Below are positions 39,601 to 54,619 of a DNA stretch of 64,000 nucleotides, in pieces; the first letter of the stretch is position 1; every line of letters begins with the position of its first letter. A program made the position numbers and the translations under genes. A model generated the notes under the pieces. The model did no database searches. It had not been told where the DNA came from and saw nothing but the letters and a program-made list of their open reading frames with translations. The stretch covers positions 16,692,567 to 16,756,566 of the forward strand of contig CM120649.1 of assembly GCA_051362555.1 (NCBI GenBank). The letters are read 5' to 3'. The stretch is from Lingula anatina (Eukaryota > Animalia > Brachiopoda).

Positions 39601-41578
39601 CAATTTCTTGCGGTTCTTAGGTTCAAGTATTTTAAGAAAATAACGTTGAAAGTTTTCTGATCTAAAAAAAAAATAAATAAAAATTATTACAACCAAATGA
39701 AAACATACCAAATAACCCAAAATGAGGCAGATGGCAATGCGTGACGTCACATGACAGTGGTAAAAAGTATGAGAAGCTACGAAAAGTTGAGAAAAATTGG
39801 AATAACTTTTAAATGGTATGTGCTACATAAATAGGATATTCCCTGTTTCTAACACTTGTTTTCACCTTAAAAGTAAGAGGAACTAAAAATGCTATGTCAA
39901 TTCTTGTATTAGATAAACTGACATTAAAACTGCGGAGTTATGAGTGCTAGGCGCATCCATAAATAACTGCACCCAAAAGATCAATTCTACGTCACCCTCA
40001 AGTAAAATTACCACGCCTTCCATATTGCTCGATGCTTATGCTATTAGATCTATTCTCAGCGGGCCGGCTCATACCCTCTGTTTTGACTACATTTCCCATT
40101 TCTTTCGAATTTTAGCACAGCGGTTATCGACCATATCTCTTCATTTTGGGATAGGGAACTAGAACCTAGTTTCTCCTGGTGACCCCTTTTTACGTGACCT
40201 GAATATTAACCGTTTTCCAGTTTCTTGCTTCGATGGTTGTTATTGGTCACCTTTAGGTACAGTCCTACGGTGTCTTTTTTAACGAAAACAATAATGGACA
40301 TATGGAAAATTAAATAAATAAATAAATGTTTATTAATTAATTAATTAATTAATGCAGTACATTAATATGGTGGATATGCGTTGTGAGATACACAGCGGCA
40401 AAGAAATATAATCTAATTGCTCTTTTAATTGATATTTACAGAAAATAGCGAATTTGAAGTGTTCCTCCTGTGATGAGATTGTGTAGTGTGAAGGACTCTA
40501 TAAAACAAACTCTCAACAGTTAATTTTTTCTTTAACACAGCATGCACGCAAGAGTTACGTTGGTTCCTTCCATTTCATAGAGGGTCGAATACAAGACTAA
40601 TATCTTGCACTGATGCTTGTGACAGCTACCAGGTCACAAAAACGAGTCTTAAGAGATCTGAAACTTTGCGCCAAACCAGTGTAGATAGCTTTACGGCATT
40701 ATGACCTCACACTCCGTGAAACTATGCTTTCATATGAAATTTAGCTGAACATATGGCAACGGTCAAAAATATTTAATATTTTCAGTTCCCTAAGTCTACA
40801 CCTTAAACCTGCCCCATCTTTGGCCGAACTGCTCGCTGCACAAACTAGAATGTCCATTTAGGCTGCCGTACCCATCCGTATTTATACAAGGACGATAACA
40901 TCAGTTAGACCAAACCAAGGGTTGCATCACGCCGTCCATCAGAGCACTAAAAGCCTGATTGAAAAATTACTTAACAGGCTCTGATGACAATGATGTGTCT
41001 GCTTGGGATTGAATAGAGAGCAAGCGTCTTTTACACTTAAACTCAGTCCCTTCATTTTGAGATATCTCTAACCTCGATCACGCCTGAGGTCTCGTGTAAC
41101 AAGATCAACGGGAAATGTAGGTTATTTTATGACACTCTCTCTCTAAGTAATAACACTTTTATCTTTATGCCTTATTATAAAAAGCACTGAGAATAAGAGA
41201 GAACGAGTTCGTCAGCATCGAGCAAATTCTCAGTTTAGTATGGAAAATCTGGATTGGAGTCGTTCTGGATTATAAGCTTGTATCATCAACAATGCTTATT
41301 AGTTATTTTCAATACAGATAAACTGGACCTTATCATTTTCTTGTTATAGAACACGGCCAAGCTCGAACTTAACCCAATAGTGGACAAGATACAAAAACGT
41401 CCCTAAATGACCAGGCGGTTTCGTCACTGACCACTAGAGATGCACATGTAATATGTCAAAATACGCGGGGCATGGTAACCAGATGCGAACTTGGCGTTGA
41501 CCCCTGGTCATTTTAACTGCCCATTGCGTGAGCGTCTGGCCGGCGAGTTCTGAGTGTCGACGACGTGAAGGGGCAAAG

Positions 41579-41614
41579 ATGGAGAAGGTGGCGTACGAGG
41601 ATCAAGATCATCAG
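41579..41614 (+). CDS. Candidate distal alternative first coding exon of the SLC16 gene (MEKVAYEDQDHQ)
   Basis: AAGATGG Kozak context, 12 codons and a perfect CAG|GTGAGT donor in phase 0, matching the phase-0 acceptor at 51971. Lies in a GC-rich patch. Confidence 0.55.
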
Positions 41615-44111
41615 GTGAGTACGTGAGCGTTGCGGCTTGATGGATACATGTACCTGTAATTAGTCAGTTTATGGGAACACCGGCAGAAGGCAACAGACAC
41701 ACGGTTAACATTTCTACGCACATAGAAGCGTATTATACGCATTTTGAAAAAAGAACAGTCCAAAATGTTGTCAGCTGTTGTTTCACCTCAAGTGGCACGT
41801 AAAACAATAGATTAACATGTGCTGGTACATGTAAATGTATGGGTTTTGAGTACGGTGATGTTGGCAACCTTCATTGGCCTCTTGGTTTCTCTACATTGGC
41901 CTCGAGGTAGACATCTATAGAAAGGTTAAAAGATAGCAAAGGGAAATGATAGAGGAAAAGATAAGGCTCGACTTATTTTTCAGAAATGTCTGTCCGGTTT
42001 TTTCCCCTCATTGCTTATCGCCAGATAATATTCTATTGAGCGGATGTGTTTTCAGACCAGCTGGCTCGATCAAACTAAGTACGGCCCATATCTCTCTGAG
42101 CCGTCTTGGTATATATATATAAACCATCACCAACAACAATAATTCCATGCAGGGACCTATCCCTCTTTCTCTCTCTCTCTCTCACACACACACAAACACA
42201 CACACACACACAGTTATAAAATATCATTTTTTAAACCAGTCATTTGCTGTATTTCTGAATTTGCTTCTCTATTCCCTACCTGACAAAGCCGACATCAAAG
42301 AAGCCTCATAAGTAAATTTAGACATTGATAGATCACTAAATAGGCAACAAAGCCCACTTGACGTTGACCGATCGAGCTGCTTCCACCTTACCATAAATAA
42401 GCCACTAATTGTCCTCGCTAACGAGTTTCTGCGCGAACCGTCGCGACCATTCATTTATTCCTTTGACAACTTACCAGTTAGTGTCAGCAAAAAATACAAA
42501 ATCTTTTGCCGTAACCTGGCCATCAAACTGGTGTCACGTTTACGTTGTTTACGTTGCACAAACAGGTATGATTTGAGGTCAAGCAGATGTGCTTCGATAT
42601 TTTTTAATGCGTTATCCACGATTGCATTTTTTATTAACACATACAGAAGAAAAACCAGAAGAAAACTGAGGTGACAAAAATACCGGGCAGTGAAAATAAA
42701 AATTCTGACGTGTCATAACTTTAAGAAAAATAACAACAGATAATTGCTTACAAGGTTGCCGTTGAGATAGATATATTTTAATTCATAGGTCTACTGTATA
42801 TCGTGTTATCATTGGCAAAATATAATTAATAATAACAATAAGGTAAAAATTAAAACAAAAACCGTCAGTAGAAATACGTACATTTTATTAATACGCTTCT
42901 CGTTGCTTGTCATTGCATACAGGCACATTTAGTAATATACCAGTATCTGATTAATTTTTTTCCGCAGAGCAGCGCTTGTTCAGCTGATAATTACAATTAG
43001 GGATCCGTGTAATGCTGCTTCCATTGCATTGGTTTACGAGTTTAATTATTTCTTTGGCAGGTTTTGTATAGGACTGTGTCAGCATTCATATATGACTCAA
43101 CACATACAAGGAGTGAGTGATGCCATACAAATTATGTATTATCGCAGCTGATTGGTTGAGCAATGAGACGTAATACACAGGGAATGAGTTGTTAGTGCAC
43201 ATGGAATACAAATAAAGGGATGAATCTGTCTCCTTTGCTGCATATGAGCTGTTTATAACATATTAAGTATAAAATATCATATAAATAGAATAGAAATATG
43301 ATCATATAAATGAAATAGAATGAGCTAAATGATAAATTCTAGTAACTCTGTATTTTTCCAATCCACAGCCTTTCAAAATGGAGGAAAATCCTTAATTGCC
43401 ATAATACATCATGTGCGGTTCAATGCTGTCCTAACAAAGGTGAATAGCGATTTTCTTCTACACGGTTGACCATGCATATGAAGATGCACCAACTCCTTGT
43501 GTGACAACGATGACATATTCTTACATACTCTCCACATTACACTGTAAAGTTTAAGTACTGGCAGATGCTCCTTCACCCGCCCCTATCCCGTATCCAGTGA
43601 AATACATTTGCATTTTTATATATTTATTACATATCACTGATTAACCAAGACTAAAACAAATTCGCTTGGTTAAGTTTCATGACCTTCTTCGGTTAATGCC
43701 CAGCTATTAGATTTCTCTCAAGACAAAAAGTCGACTAAGTCTTGATCCCGTTCTGTCCCTCCCCCCATTTTTTGCCTCTTTTGTTCGATTATCGCTTTAA
43801 AGGAAAACATAAGGAAGGTTCGCCATAATGAGGTCATTGCTTAACAATCTGACGTACTCACTCAAGTGAGCCGCACCGTGAAAACCCATACTTCGACGAC
43901 TGTCTTCGCGTTACTCCCGGGCGAGTAAAGTTGGAATAAAAATTAAATGCTCCACGTAGGTTACAACGAATTTCATCCGCATATTTTTATTTGTTTTTCT
44001 AGTTACCCAGGCACATGGCATGATATATATTTTTTTATCTTATATGTATGCAAGTTGAGCTAGTGCAAACTCACACAAGCACTGCACGGCCAGGTGTATC
44101 TTTCAACTCTC

Positions 44112-44313
44112 TTAGGCCGCGTTCACAGCCCGTTGATCCTCGGACTAACTAGTCCGCAGATCAAATATGGTGTGCACTTGACAATGGCAATCCCTTGCGT
44201 TCCGTCCAAGCAGGAGTTGAGCGATTTAATCTCGGCACGCTTTCAAGTGTGTCACGTCACATTTGATCCGCAGACTGTAATCCACGGATCATCTGGTTCT
44301 GAACGCAGCCTTA
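44112..44313. mobile_element. MITE family 1 copy
   Basis: AGGCCGCGTTCA..TCAAATATG / CATTTGATCCGC..TGAACGCAGCCT. Confidence 0.7.
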
Positions 44314-45522
44314 AAAAACCTGACTGATGATTCTCGAGGTCACTGCAGGGTGACTGCCTCTTACATGTTTTTATGGTTCTCTCTTTGTGAAGTTATACAT
44401 CAGTGGCTGTCAACGCGTTTTTACCATATGGAAATGTAAACTGGGTTAAATCTCTGTAAACCCCAATGTACTAGTCAAGGTCAAAATGTTAAAAAAGGTA
44501 ATGTCAAAGGCTAAGCCATGCACTCATATTTTATTGCAAACAATATCATCAATCCTGACACGTTGGACTGCATTGGTGGTAAAAATGTAGAAAAGTTCAG
44601 TTGTTAAATGAAAGGTAATATAACTTACATGCCGTGTAACGAACAAATATCAGTAGTAAATAAAAAAAAAGGTGATTAATGATTTGTGTATATCAAATTG
44701 TAAACTCAGTTCTTAGAACATGCACTGTTACAAATACGCACGCTGTACACCTGCAGTACTTTCCAATATAACTGAAATACATGGATGATTTACTTAAATT
44801 TTAGAAATGGGGTAAGGTTGGGGTGAGGGTGGGGTACCGATGGTATTCTGTGACCTGCTCTATTTACAGTAGCGCGCACCTGGAAGCGTGGTTGTCCAGT
44901 GACGTAATTTAGAACCAAACCAGCCTTGGTTTATTTCTATGTCGAAACTATTTTCTACTGCTGATAGGACCACAGATTTTACAGTGGATATTAACAAATA
45001 TTTTTCTGGCTAATTTTTTGCACATTTCTGTATAATCCAGCGTGAAAGTTTGCAAAGAATTTCAAATATGACGTCATCACCCAATAGACCAATGTAGGAG
45101 AGGTTGGTTGATGAAAATGACGTCATATTAAATATCTCTAAGGCAAAAAGCTGCCATGAGTAAATGACTCTGGGTGTTTTAGGACAGAGGTCATCCATTT
45201 AGTGTTGGTGGACATACAGTATGTCAGTTGGCCGGTAGGTAAAATGTTGTTTATGAAAACGCTGTCCAAGACAAATGTTGGAAGGAAAAAGTAAAGAACA
45301 ACAAGCTCAAGGATTTTATTTTGAACGTCCGTTCTATGCTCCGGGCATCATGGGGCTGCTCTCAGAAGCAAGCTGGGGGATGACGTCATTTCTGTGCAAA
45401 AGGTCTCAATACCGAAATGTGCTCATACTGTAATTATAGTCAGATAAATCACTGTGACCTTGGTAGATGGTGCCATGGGTAGAAGGTATAACACTCTTCT
45501 TACTTTCGAGAGATACGTGTTG

Positions 45523-45554
<32 letters not shown>

Positions 45555-47221
45555 CGAACAGACACTAATATTCTCACATACAGACACATCTGAAAGATAA
45601 AACGAGCTTGAAAGTAAATAAAAAGCCGAGGAAGCATCAATTATGGCGTAAACAAGGCAATTATTGTCTAGGTAAAGTGCTGAAAAGTCAAGGTAAATAG
45701 GGCAAATGTGTGTGTGTTTTTTTCTTGATAAAATTATATCTGACAGGTATGGATATGTACTAGTTGTCGTCGGTCCTGGGACGTCACCACTACCAGTTTC
45801 GTGGGATTCATGTTTACATTCATGTAAACATGGTTCTGTCGCCCGATAGCGATTTTTTATATAGAAAATAAGTACACCTGCACGAATTTCTTCGCTAAAG
45901 AAGGCAGCAAATGAGAGGAGAAAAACTGATGGCAGCAAGCCAGGGAAACATTTGTTGCGTATTAGAATCGGTAAGTTAATAAATTGAATTAATAAATTAG
46001 AATTTTCTTTTTTGAGACGTACAGGAAAGTGAGTCGCTTGTATGTCTGTTTGTCTGACTACCTGCAAGTCTGTGTGCCTCGTATGACTGATGACATAAAG
46101 AGAACCATATATAGGTCCTATTCACTGCTTCGCAAAATGAAAGCCATAGCACGCACGGGCACGTGCGGTTTTTGCGCCTCGTGTGCAAAACCCCTTCAAT
46201 ATTACATCTACGCTGATGATGAGCTGAATGAACAGATCGGTCAGAGCGAATAGCAATAGAAATACAATTAAAAACCTTTGCATCTCGATCTCCGAGACCG
46301 TCAATTCACCAAACAATGACCGACAAATGGAAAAGATCTGTCTTCTGACGTCACGCTCTATCACATTACACTGGCGACTACGAACTCATCAGACAGAATA
46401 TCGATATTCGTGTTGAGGCCTTCTTGTCCATATATATATATATATATATATATCTTTCTTTTCATTTCCCATGTATTTACCAAACTCGTCAGCTTTACGC
46501 CCCAGAAATCATATTTGGTGTCTCAAGCAGTAGCCAAAACAGACGGCGTTATCATTATTTTATACACGCTTTTGTAGGAGCGGTTAATGGGACATACTTT
46601 GGATGGATTATAAATATTTTAAGATAGAATATACTGGTTATGATCTGAACAAATTCAGCTTAAATGTTTTTACCACTAATGTAAGTAGGACACATGTACA
46701 AATAAAAAAATGCTTGGTTTTGTCGCGTTTTGCTTATGGCAATGTCTTTTTGGTAGAGGGAAGGCTCCACCCCTGAGGTTGAATGGGGGGGGGGGGGGGG
46801 AGGGAGAGAGAGAGCACTTGCCCGCTGTCTTCTGGATCCACTTTAGCCAAAAGTCTTGTCACTCTCAATGGCTAGGTGGAAAAGTCCCCCCTCCCCACAT
46901 CACCCTCCGATCCGCAATTAGGGATGAGAGAGGAAGAGTACCTCTTTCCTACTACATTCTCTCTGATGGTATCCAGGTAGCTACTACATTTATCTTTTAT
47001 CATAGGTCAAAACCAAGACAGTACTATATGTACTGTACTCCCTTGGTCAAACTAAGGAAGAACTGCCACATCAACGTGCACTTGAACAGCCGGACAAGGA
47101 CCTCCGCACTTAAACACCCTGCAACAATAAATATTATTCTTTCGTCCACACTAGTAGTCTACATACTGTCTGACGTGAGATGAACACAAACATGAATAGT
47201 CATTCATTAACCATGGGTAAA

Positions 47222-47395
47222 CAGGCCCGTAGCCAGGAATTTCAAAGGGGGGGGGGTCTTATTCTGAAAAAGTGGACCTTTTACCGGGAAACCTTCGTTT
47301 ATCTAAAAAACACTACCCAGATGGTACATTTTGCCAGCAAAAATGGGGTTCTTTTGAAACCCCCCTCCCCCCCCCCCCCCCCGGCTACGGGCCTG
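47222..47395. mobile_element. MITE with CAGGCCCGTAGCC TIRs and 5-bp TSD (GTAAA)
   Basis: Perfect 13-bp TIR CAGGCCCGTAGCC/GGCTACGGGCCTG, with GTAAA at 47217-47221 and 47396-47400. Partial relatives at ~4040-4202 and ~34090-34243 share GAAAAAGTGGACCT. Confidence 0.85.
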
Positions 47396-47535
47396 GTAAA
47401 TATATGAATATATGTAAATATATGAATCGGCTTGCACTGAGAAACACTATGCCAGCATCCAATAGTCTTATCAGGTCTCGCACTGTACCATATCATCTCT
47501 CACCAAAAATATACCCCGCTAGATATCAGAGGAAA

Positions 47536-47582
<47 letters not shown>

Positions 47583-50500
47583 GGGGGGGGGGGAGGACAT
47601 GTGGTTCAGATCCAGACCCTCCCTCAAGTGCGTTCAGAACTGTATTCGGTGTTTGAAATGCTGTTTTTGTACACACGTGCGCGTGAATAATAATCATTTT
47701 CAACCCGCGTCTTTTTAGTCGCTGGTAAATATATTTTGATAAAAAAAAATGCAGAATAACGTTTTTCATTTTGAAAAAAGTGCCTGATAAAAAAGTATAC
47801 CCTCCCACACCTGTTTTCCCCTCTCTCTCCCTCACTCTTTCTCTCTCTCTCTTCCTTCTGTTTGTCTTTTTTCTTCCTGTCTGTCTTTCTCCCTTGAAAT
47901 GTCTGCGCGTTTTTGTTCTTGCTGTGGTGTTGATGGTTGATTAAAACGGCAATAACGTCTCCTACAGCCATTCCGAAAACGCATGCACGCGCACGCGCAC
48001 ACACACACACTTTACATTTATTCACACGAAGAAGACCCATCAGCAGGTCACGTGACGAAAGTTTGAAGAGGGGAAGGACGAAGAATAGGTGACAACAGAA
48101 CGCTTGATCGAACGCATGTGACACAGTACAGTATCTCTATTTACCCTGAATAACAGCGGGTTTGGTTAATTAATCTTGCTAAAGCAATATGAGAAACGCA
48201 GCCGCAGACGACAGCAGCACGCGGTTAACCACACAGGATTCGCTGCGTGCCAGCAATAACATCACGGTGCGTTATTACGATATTGCGTGTTTTGCAAACA
48301 AAGTGAATTTTAAAAAATGACTGGCAATTTATCAAATAAATGGCTACATGTAGGTACGATCCGCCTTCTCTTCACGTATTGCACTGGGAGAATAATTGAT
48401 TTGGAAATGAGCGGTTGGGTAATTATGCACGGGGATATTTTGAGCTAAAAGAAAAAATAATATGAAATAATAAAAAAAAACCAAAACTCTCGCAACAATT
48501 TGTTGTACCAACACTAGATTTTACAAATAAAATATTTGAAAAAAAAATTCACGACAGCAACGCAACACGCACTCACACGCACGTGCGCACACATCATTTG
48601 CTCGATTGGATTTTTTCTAAAAGCGCATTGCAAGCTGAAAAAATATCACCAACACACAAAAACGAAACATATAAAACACACACTCACATGAATATTAATT
48701 TAACCTGTGAATAGATACTCTACACGTGGCTATATACATTTGCAGCACGAACTTTTCTTTACATTGATTTCTTATAGATAAAAAATGAAGGGCCGGCGGT
48801 GCGACAAGCACGAGTCAAAAGAAAAAAGTTAGACCGCAAAAACAGGTGACTGTACGGAACACGTGATTGAACGGAACACGTAATTGAACGGAACACGGAA
48901 CTAATATATCACGGGCTTTGTCAGGGTTACTTGAATTTAATCAAGTTCAGCTCAGCCAAATAACTTGCCTTGGCATTGTGTTTTTTCTTTATAAGCCTTG
49001 CGATAAATAAATCCTTGCAACCCTTTCAAATTGAAAAACGGTCGGCATCGTTATGCACACGAACTACTGTATAGGCTACATATAGGAATCTACCAACGGA
49101 CCTATTTTCATTTTTTACTTCTGCCACCACGGAGGAACTTTAATCAGTTCTTGTTTTCATGCTGACACTTTCACGTCAGTCTCATCTGGCTCTGATATCC
49201 TTCTGGATTAAAGCCAATTGGGGGCCAGTATGACGTCACAGTGTGTCATTATCCTCAATCTTAAGTCTTAACCTTTCCAGGTGAATGAACGGGCACGAAT
49301 GTAGGCCAGTACAGTTGTAATATGTAACGATCGCCCCAGATCAAACATATATGTTTTTTTTAGATATATTTACCCACCGCCTCAATTTCACATCAGACAA
49401 GCCTCTATATCTGCCACGCACTGAGTGCGCACGTCCCCACAAGAGTGTCACAACCCGCCTGTGCGCACGGCAGACAGCCGGGTGCAAAGAAAACACCGGT
49501 GGATGTTTTTCTATTTGTTTATTTACATGTTTTGCAAAGAATTGTCGGCTTAGCTTTTATAGTATGCAAAATAAAAAAGATCAGTCGCTAAGCAAATATG
49601 ACAAGTAGAATAAGTCATCATAAAAGACGTCATTAAACTGATACTCACGACATTTTAAAATCTAAAAAAAATCACTGAAACCTTTCAACCGTACACGTGT
49701 ACAACGACATTGTTTTCTCTGATGACACCAGATGGCGTGGGTGTTGTCTACCGAGACCTGGGGAGTGCGTGGCCCCAGACAGCTGTATCAGGGGAGTTAT
49801 AGATGGCCGGCAGCTGGTCTGCTACCTTCCATCATCTCCGTTCAGGCTACTTTCGAGGCCTTTCACATGGAGAAAGCCTCTGTTGTACTCTGCTGGAACC
49901 GCTTATACTTTTATTCACCATATGGTCAATTGGTCATTGTTCTAAAAGGGTCATTGTTTATGGTCGAATTACCGTAAAAAAAAGGGGGGGGGGACATTTG
50001 AATCGTACATGCCGATTACTTCACTTTTATTTATTTTCAGACTCGTGGTAAAATACACGTGAAGATAATAGTAATAATAGTTACAGTGAAATGAAATTAA
50101 TCAAACCAAAATAAAACGGCAGACTGGTTTTCTTAGGGTAACCAAAACAAAAACTGGGGCCTTTAAAAAGTCTGCCACATTTGTTTCTCACACTTGTTTT
50201 CACAGTGTAATAGCCCAGGAATAAGTGAAATATTTTATTGATTATGTCAAAAAGGTGGGTGACATAAGGTCAAGATTGTCTCCGCATATTTAACCCTAAC
50301 TTAAATAAACAAATAATATAGATCTCCTTCAGCAGCTTGATGTTAACATTAGCATTTGAAGTGTTCTACAACCGCCAGGTTGCCACATTTGTTCATGAGC
50401 ACGCGCCACGCGCGAGAGTCCTCACGTGCTGACGGGTATGAAGTGAACTTATGCAGACCACGAATGCTTCTAAAAATAGCCAGATAATCGTAAAGTCTCT

Positions 50501-50672
50501 ATTGGTTTGCTCTTTCAACTTTGCTGCTGTGACAAAACAGTGTTGGAGGGGGATTTGAACCGATGCATAAGGAGGAGAAGGAGACTTAAGATTTCCTGGT
50601 CTCAGTTCGTTGTTGATGGTGTGTTTGTGACGTCCAAGCGTCCCTGTTAACGCTGCTCAAGGCTCCAGCGCT

Positions 50673-53600
50673 ATGTTTCTCCCTTATGTTTACCAGGGCG
50701 TGCCCTACGCTACCAGGAGAGCAAAAGTAAGTCAGAAAGTTGAGCAATTAAGTAGGTGATTTTGAGTGAGGTGTAACGGTTTTCGCATATCATATAGATA
50801 TAGCTCGTTGGACTGTGCGTTTCTTTATAATGTTTTAGGGTCGTTTTTAAAAGTACACCTTACCGTGCTCGGCACATAGGGTAAAGTCCACTTTCTTTCA
50901 GAGATGCTTTTTCACAATCTTATCTTTTCTTGATGACGTAGCAGATTTTTTTCTCCTGTCGATGGCCCACCATTGAATTACGGTTAAAAATATTCTCCGA
51001 TATTTTCGGTTGCCTTGATCTGTTGTAGCAGCGGCTCTGGTTGACAGGAAAACCACGAGGTTACTCACGAGGCGGCTTTTCCCTGTTATTTGTTTTTCTT
51101 CTTCTCCGTATTTGTCACTTGAAGAACTATAGCACCATTTGTGTTTGTGGTGACTGCAGCCTATATGAAAGAAGGCTTACGGTCCAATATTTACAGAATT
51201 ATATATGTGTTCTCACAGATTAACATTAAGAGTGACCTCAATCACGAACCACCTGTCTTCGCGATACCACGACGAGGACGATGTTTACATTTGTTATCTT
51301 AGGTCAAGACAAGGCACCGATCATCATCTTCAAATGTAAACATCGGATTAGGTTCGTCTTGTAATCCCTGTACAGCAAGCACGTGTCTCCCCCTTACGAC
51401 GAATACTGCAACGGTCATAACACAGACTGCAAACGTCTGAACTTGTTTAATATAGCTGCGCTGCGCGAAAGGTGCAAATATTTTTCCTCGTCTTTTTCTC
51501 TATTATTTTTCTAGGGCATTTGTTACGCAAGACCCCCCCCACTGTCCTCTAACCGTCCTACTAAAACATTAAATACACCGAATTGCAAAAATGATTTTGA
51601 AATCAGGAAATATATTTAAAAATTCAAAAGATTATTTGAACAGAAGAGAGGTATTGAAAATTAGCTTTTTTTTTTTTTTTAGCTTCAGGCCAGAAAACTC
51701 TAAAACGAAGTGCAGTATGTTTTTAATAAATGTGTACTAGCAGGTGCACGAAGCAGTGCACCGAAAGGGGCTGGGGATTTTGTGCAGAAAAATCTGTAAT
51801 ATCTTGACCGTATAGAAGGTTTTTTGTATTAAAGATAATCATATTTACACAAAATACCCCTGTACATGTTTTATCCTTGGTGGTTTAATGCACAGAAGTT
51901 CATTCCATATATAGTTTAAAGCCAAGGGACATTGTATATGTATATTGATTAAACTCCTAACCAATTACAGTTGGTGGCAAGCAACTGCAGCAAGAGCACC
52001 AGCAGCGGCCGAGCTCGGAATGAGCCCGTCCTGGAGTCCAAAGACAGCAAGCCGGTGCCGCCCCCTGACGGCGGGTACGGATGGGTGATTGTGGTGGCGA
52101 GTTTCTTGAACCAGATCCTGAGCATAGGCGTGCCGTTCTCCGTGGGGGTTTACTACGTGGCGTTCTTAGAAGAGTTTCAAGGCAGCAAAGGGCTTACTGC
52201 TTGGATAGGGTCGATTCACACTGGGCTTTTATTTGGAGCAGGTAATAAGAAGGAAATATATACACCTTATCACCTTTTCACCTTATGCCCATATCTAGGT
52301 CGCTTTTCTGAGAGGGGGTGGGGGGTGGGGGCACGACTAGCAATCGGTTTATCCTTGGAATATTTAGCATGTCAGATCCTTTGATCAGTATGTTTTTCTT
52401 TTGAAATTGGATTCGTAAAAAGAATAGGTAAGTTTGGACAGAACAAAATTAGCACCAAAAATATGTGAGAAGCACGTCAACTCATTTTGTAGAGTCTAAT
52501 TAATTATTTTTTTTTTGAATTTGTACATATTCAATAATTAAATAAACAAGCATCAGTAGATTTGGACATCGCGTTTTTAAAGCCAATAATCAGTAATATG
52601 TTCATATTTTTCGGACCGCGTGAAAGATGGGTTTCTCATTAAAAATGAACGTATTATTGTGTTTCAGGCCCGCTGGCGGGGGCAGTCATTAATCGGTTTA
52701 GCCACCGCGTGGCGGTCATGATTGGTGGCTTGATGGGAGCAGTTGGTTTTTTCCTCAGCGCATTCTCGACAAGTCTGTACTATCTCTATGCAAGTTACGG
52801 AATTGTGGCAGGTAACATTGTGTGTAAATGCTAAGACCTGACGTTATAGCCCGGTGTATGAAAACACTGTGGGGCCACTTTACAGTGAAACAGAGTCTGC
52901 TCCCCATTACGATTCACACAGACAGGGGTTTTGGTAACAAAAGTGGGTCAAATGTAGGACAAATAGTAGGCCCCTACAAATCAGTTAGGAACGGACCCTG
53001 TGCATGACACCGGTGTGGGTTTGAGTCCCTGACTGTGCCTAGATCGCCGTACATCAAGGAGTTCTAAAACTCCTTGCGTACACCAAGACGGTCCTCCCGC
53101 CCCATGAAGTAATTGTTTCATGAAAGAATACTGGTTTAAAATAAAGTTGTCGACATTTTATCTTACAAGATTAAAAAGACATCGACGTAAATTGCACGAT
53201 TAAGATGGAAAAAAACGAAACTATCGAGGTGCAGCAGCTGTTACCGCAACAAGACTTTATTACTTCAACATTAAACTTTTTATAGACCAAAATAAATTAT
53301 TTGTAATGTCTTCAGCTGTCGTAGATATTTTGCGGATCATTAATGGAAAAAATCGAAACAGTAAATATCTCAAAGTCAGAAAGCATGTAAGAGCATGTTA
53401 GTGCACATATTAATTAACCTCTTTGTTCCAGGAGTCGGGGTAAGTCTTGTTTACGTGCCATCAGTAGTTGTCATCGGAGAATGGTTCGAACATCGCCGAA
53501 ACTTTGCCTTTGGTTTGGCCTCCTCGGGAGTGGGGCTCGGTAACCTGATCATGACTCCAGTGATACAGAAAACAATTGACATATTCGGCTGGCGGGGTTC

Positions 53601-54344
53601 CTTATTCATTACATCCGGGCTCTTTCTACAGTCATGCGTATTTGGTGCCCTGATGAAACCTCTGAATGGCGGGAAAGGCGCGGAGAAGTTACAAGGGAAG
53701 GGTTTGAAAGAAACGTTTCACACGGATATCTTGCACGAGTGGAAGTTCATACTTCTGGCGATCAACCACATTTTGTGGAACATTGGATCTCTGATCTACG
53801 TCGTTCTCATTCCTGACTACGCGCACATGCACACAGGAACAAACATGGACACGTGTGCCTTTCTCCTCTCGATATTCGGCGTCGCCAGCTTTACTGGTAG
53901 AATTTTGGTAGCTGTGATAACTATAAACAAAAAGATCAGCAGATTTTATTTGTTTCTCACTGCAACTGCAGTTACAGGTGTCGCCATCGCTCTCGTTCCA
54001 ACCACCAGAGACTACATTCCGTTAGCTACCTTCAGCGCCATCTATGGGTTGTTTTTTGGCATACAGATTCCTCTTATAGCTGCTCTTGCGACTGAGATGT
54101 TCGGATTAGAGAGGTTACCAAATGTTTATGGCTACTTTATGTTTGGAGATGGAGTTGGGGCCCTTCTAGGTCCCCCGATAGCTGGTAGGTCTTTTTTTAC
54201 TCATTATAAAATAACGTTGTGCATATGATGCAATGATTCATTAGCAACATATTTAATTTCTCGTATTTTAAATTTCAAATATTTTCAATTAAAAGGGGCG
54301 AACAAGCGTATGTAAATTGACGGATGGTAGCAGGATCACCCACC

Positions 54345-54375
<31 letters not shown>

Positions 54376-54619
54376 CACATTGCTGCTTTTATAAAAATTA
54401 ACAGTGATATATTAACGTTGTTTTACAGGCTGGTTATTTGACCTGACGCAGAGTTTTGAGGCACCATTTTATTGCGGTGGAGGAGTCACAATATTCGCGG
54501 CGATAATCATACTCCCGATTTCCCTGTCAAAATTATTTCAAAACAGGAAGACCTGCATTAAAAGTATTACGAAAAGCGCAAGCAGAGTACCTTTGAAAAC
54601 GTCCGAATCCTTTGTGTAG
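50673..54619 (+). CDS. SLC16 / monocarboxylate transporter (MCT12/14-like, MFS), ~470 aa
   Basis: Exons 50673-50726 (candidate first exon), 51971-52241, 52668-52811, 53432-54184 and 54429-54619 (TAG). Motifs: PPDGGYGWVIV, WFEHRRNFAFGLASSGVGLG, FGWRGS, LLGPPIAGWLFD. About 12 hydrophobic helices and consistent splice phases. Confidence 0.92.

Noticed and set aside
45423-46067. 214-aa minus-strand ORF
   Set aside because: It runs through a homopolymer (poly-F) and has no recognisable domain or splice logic.
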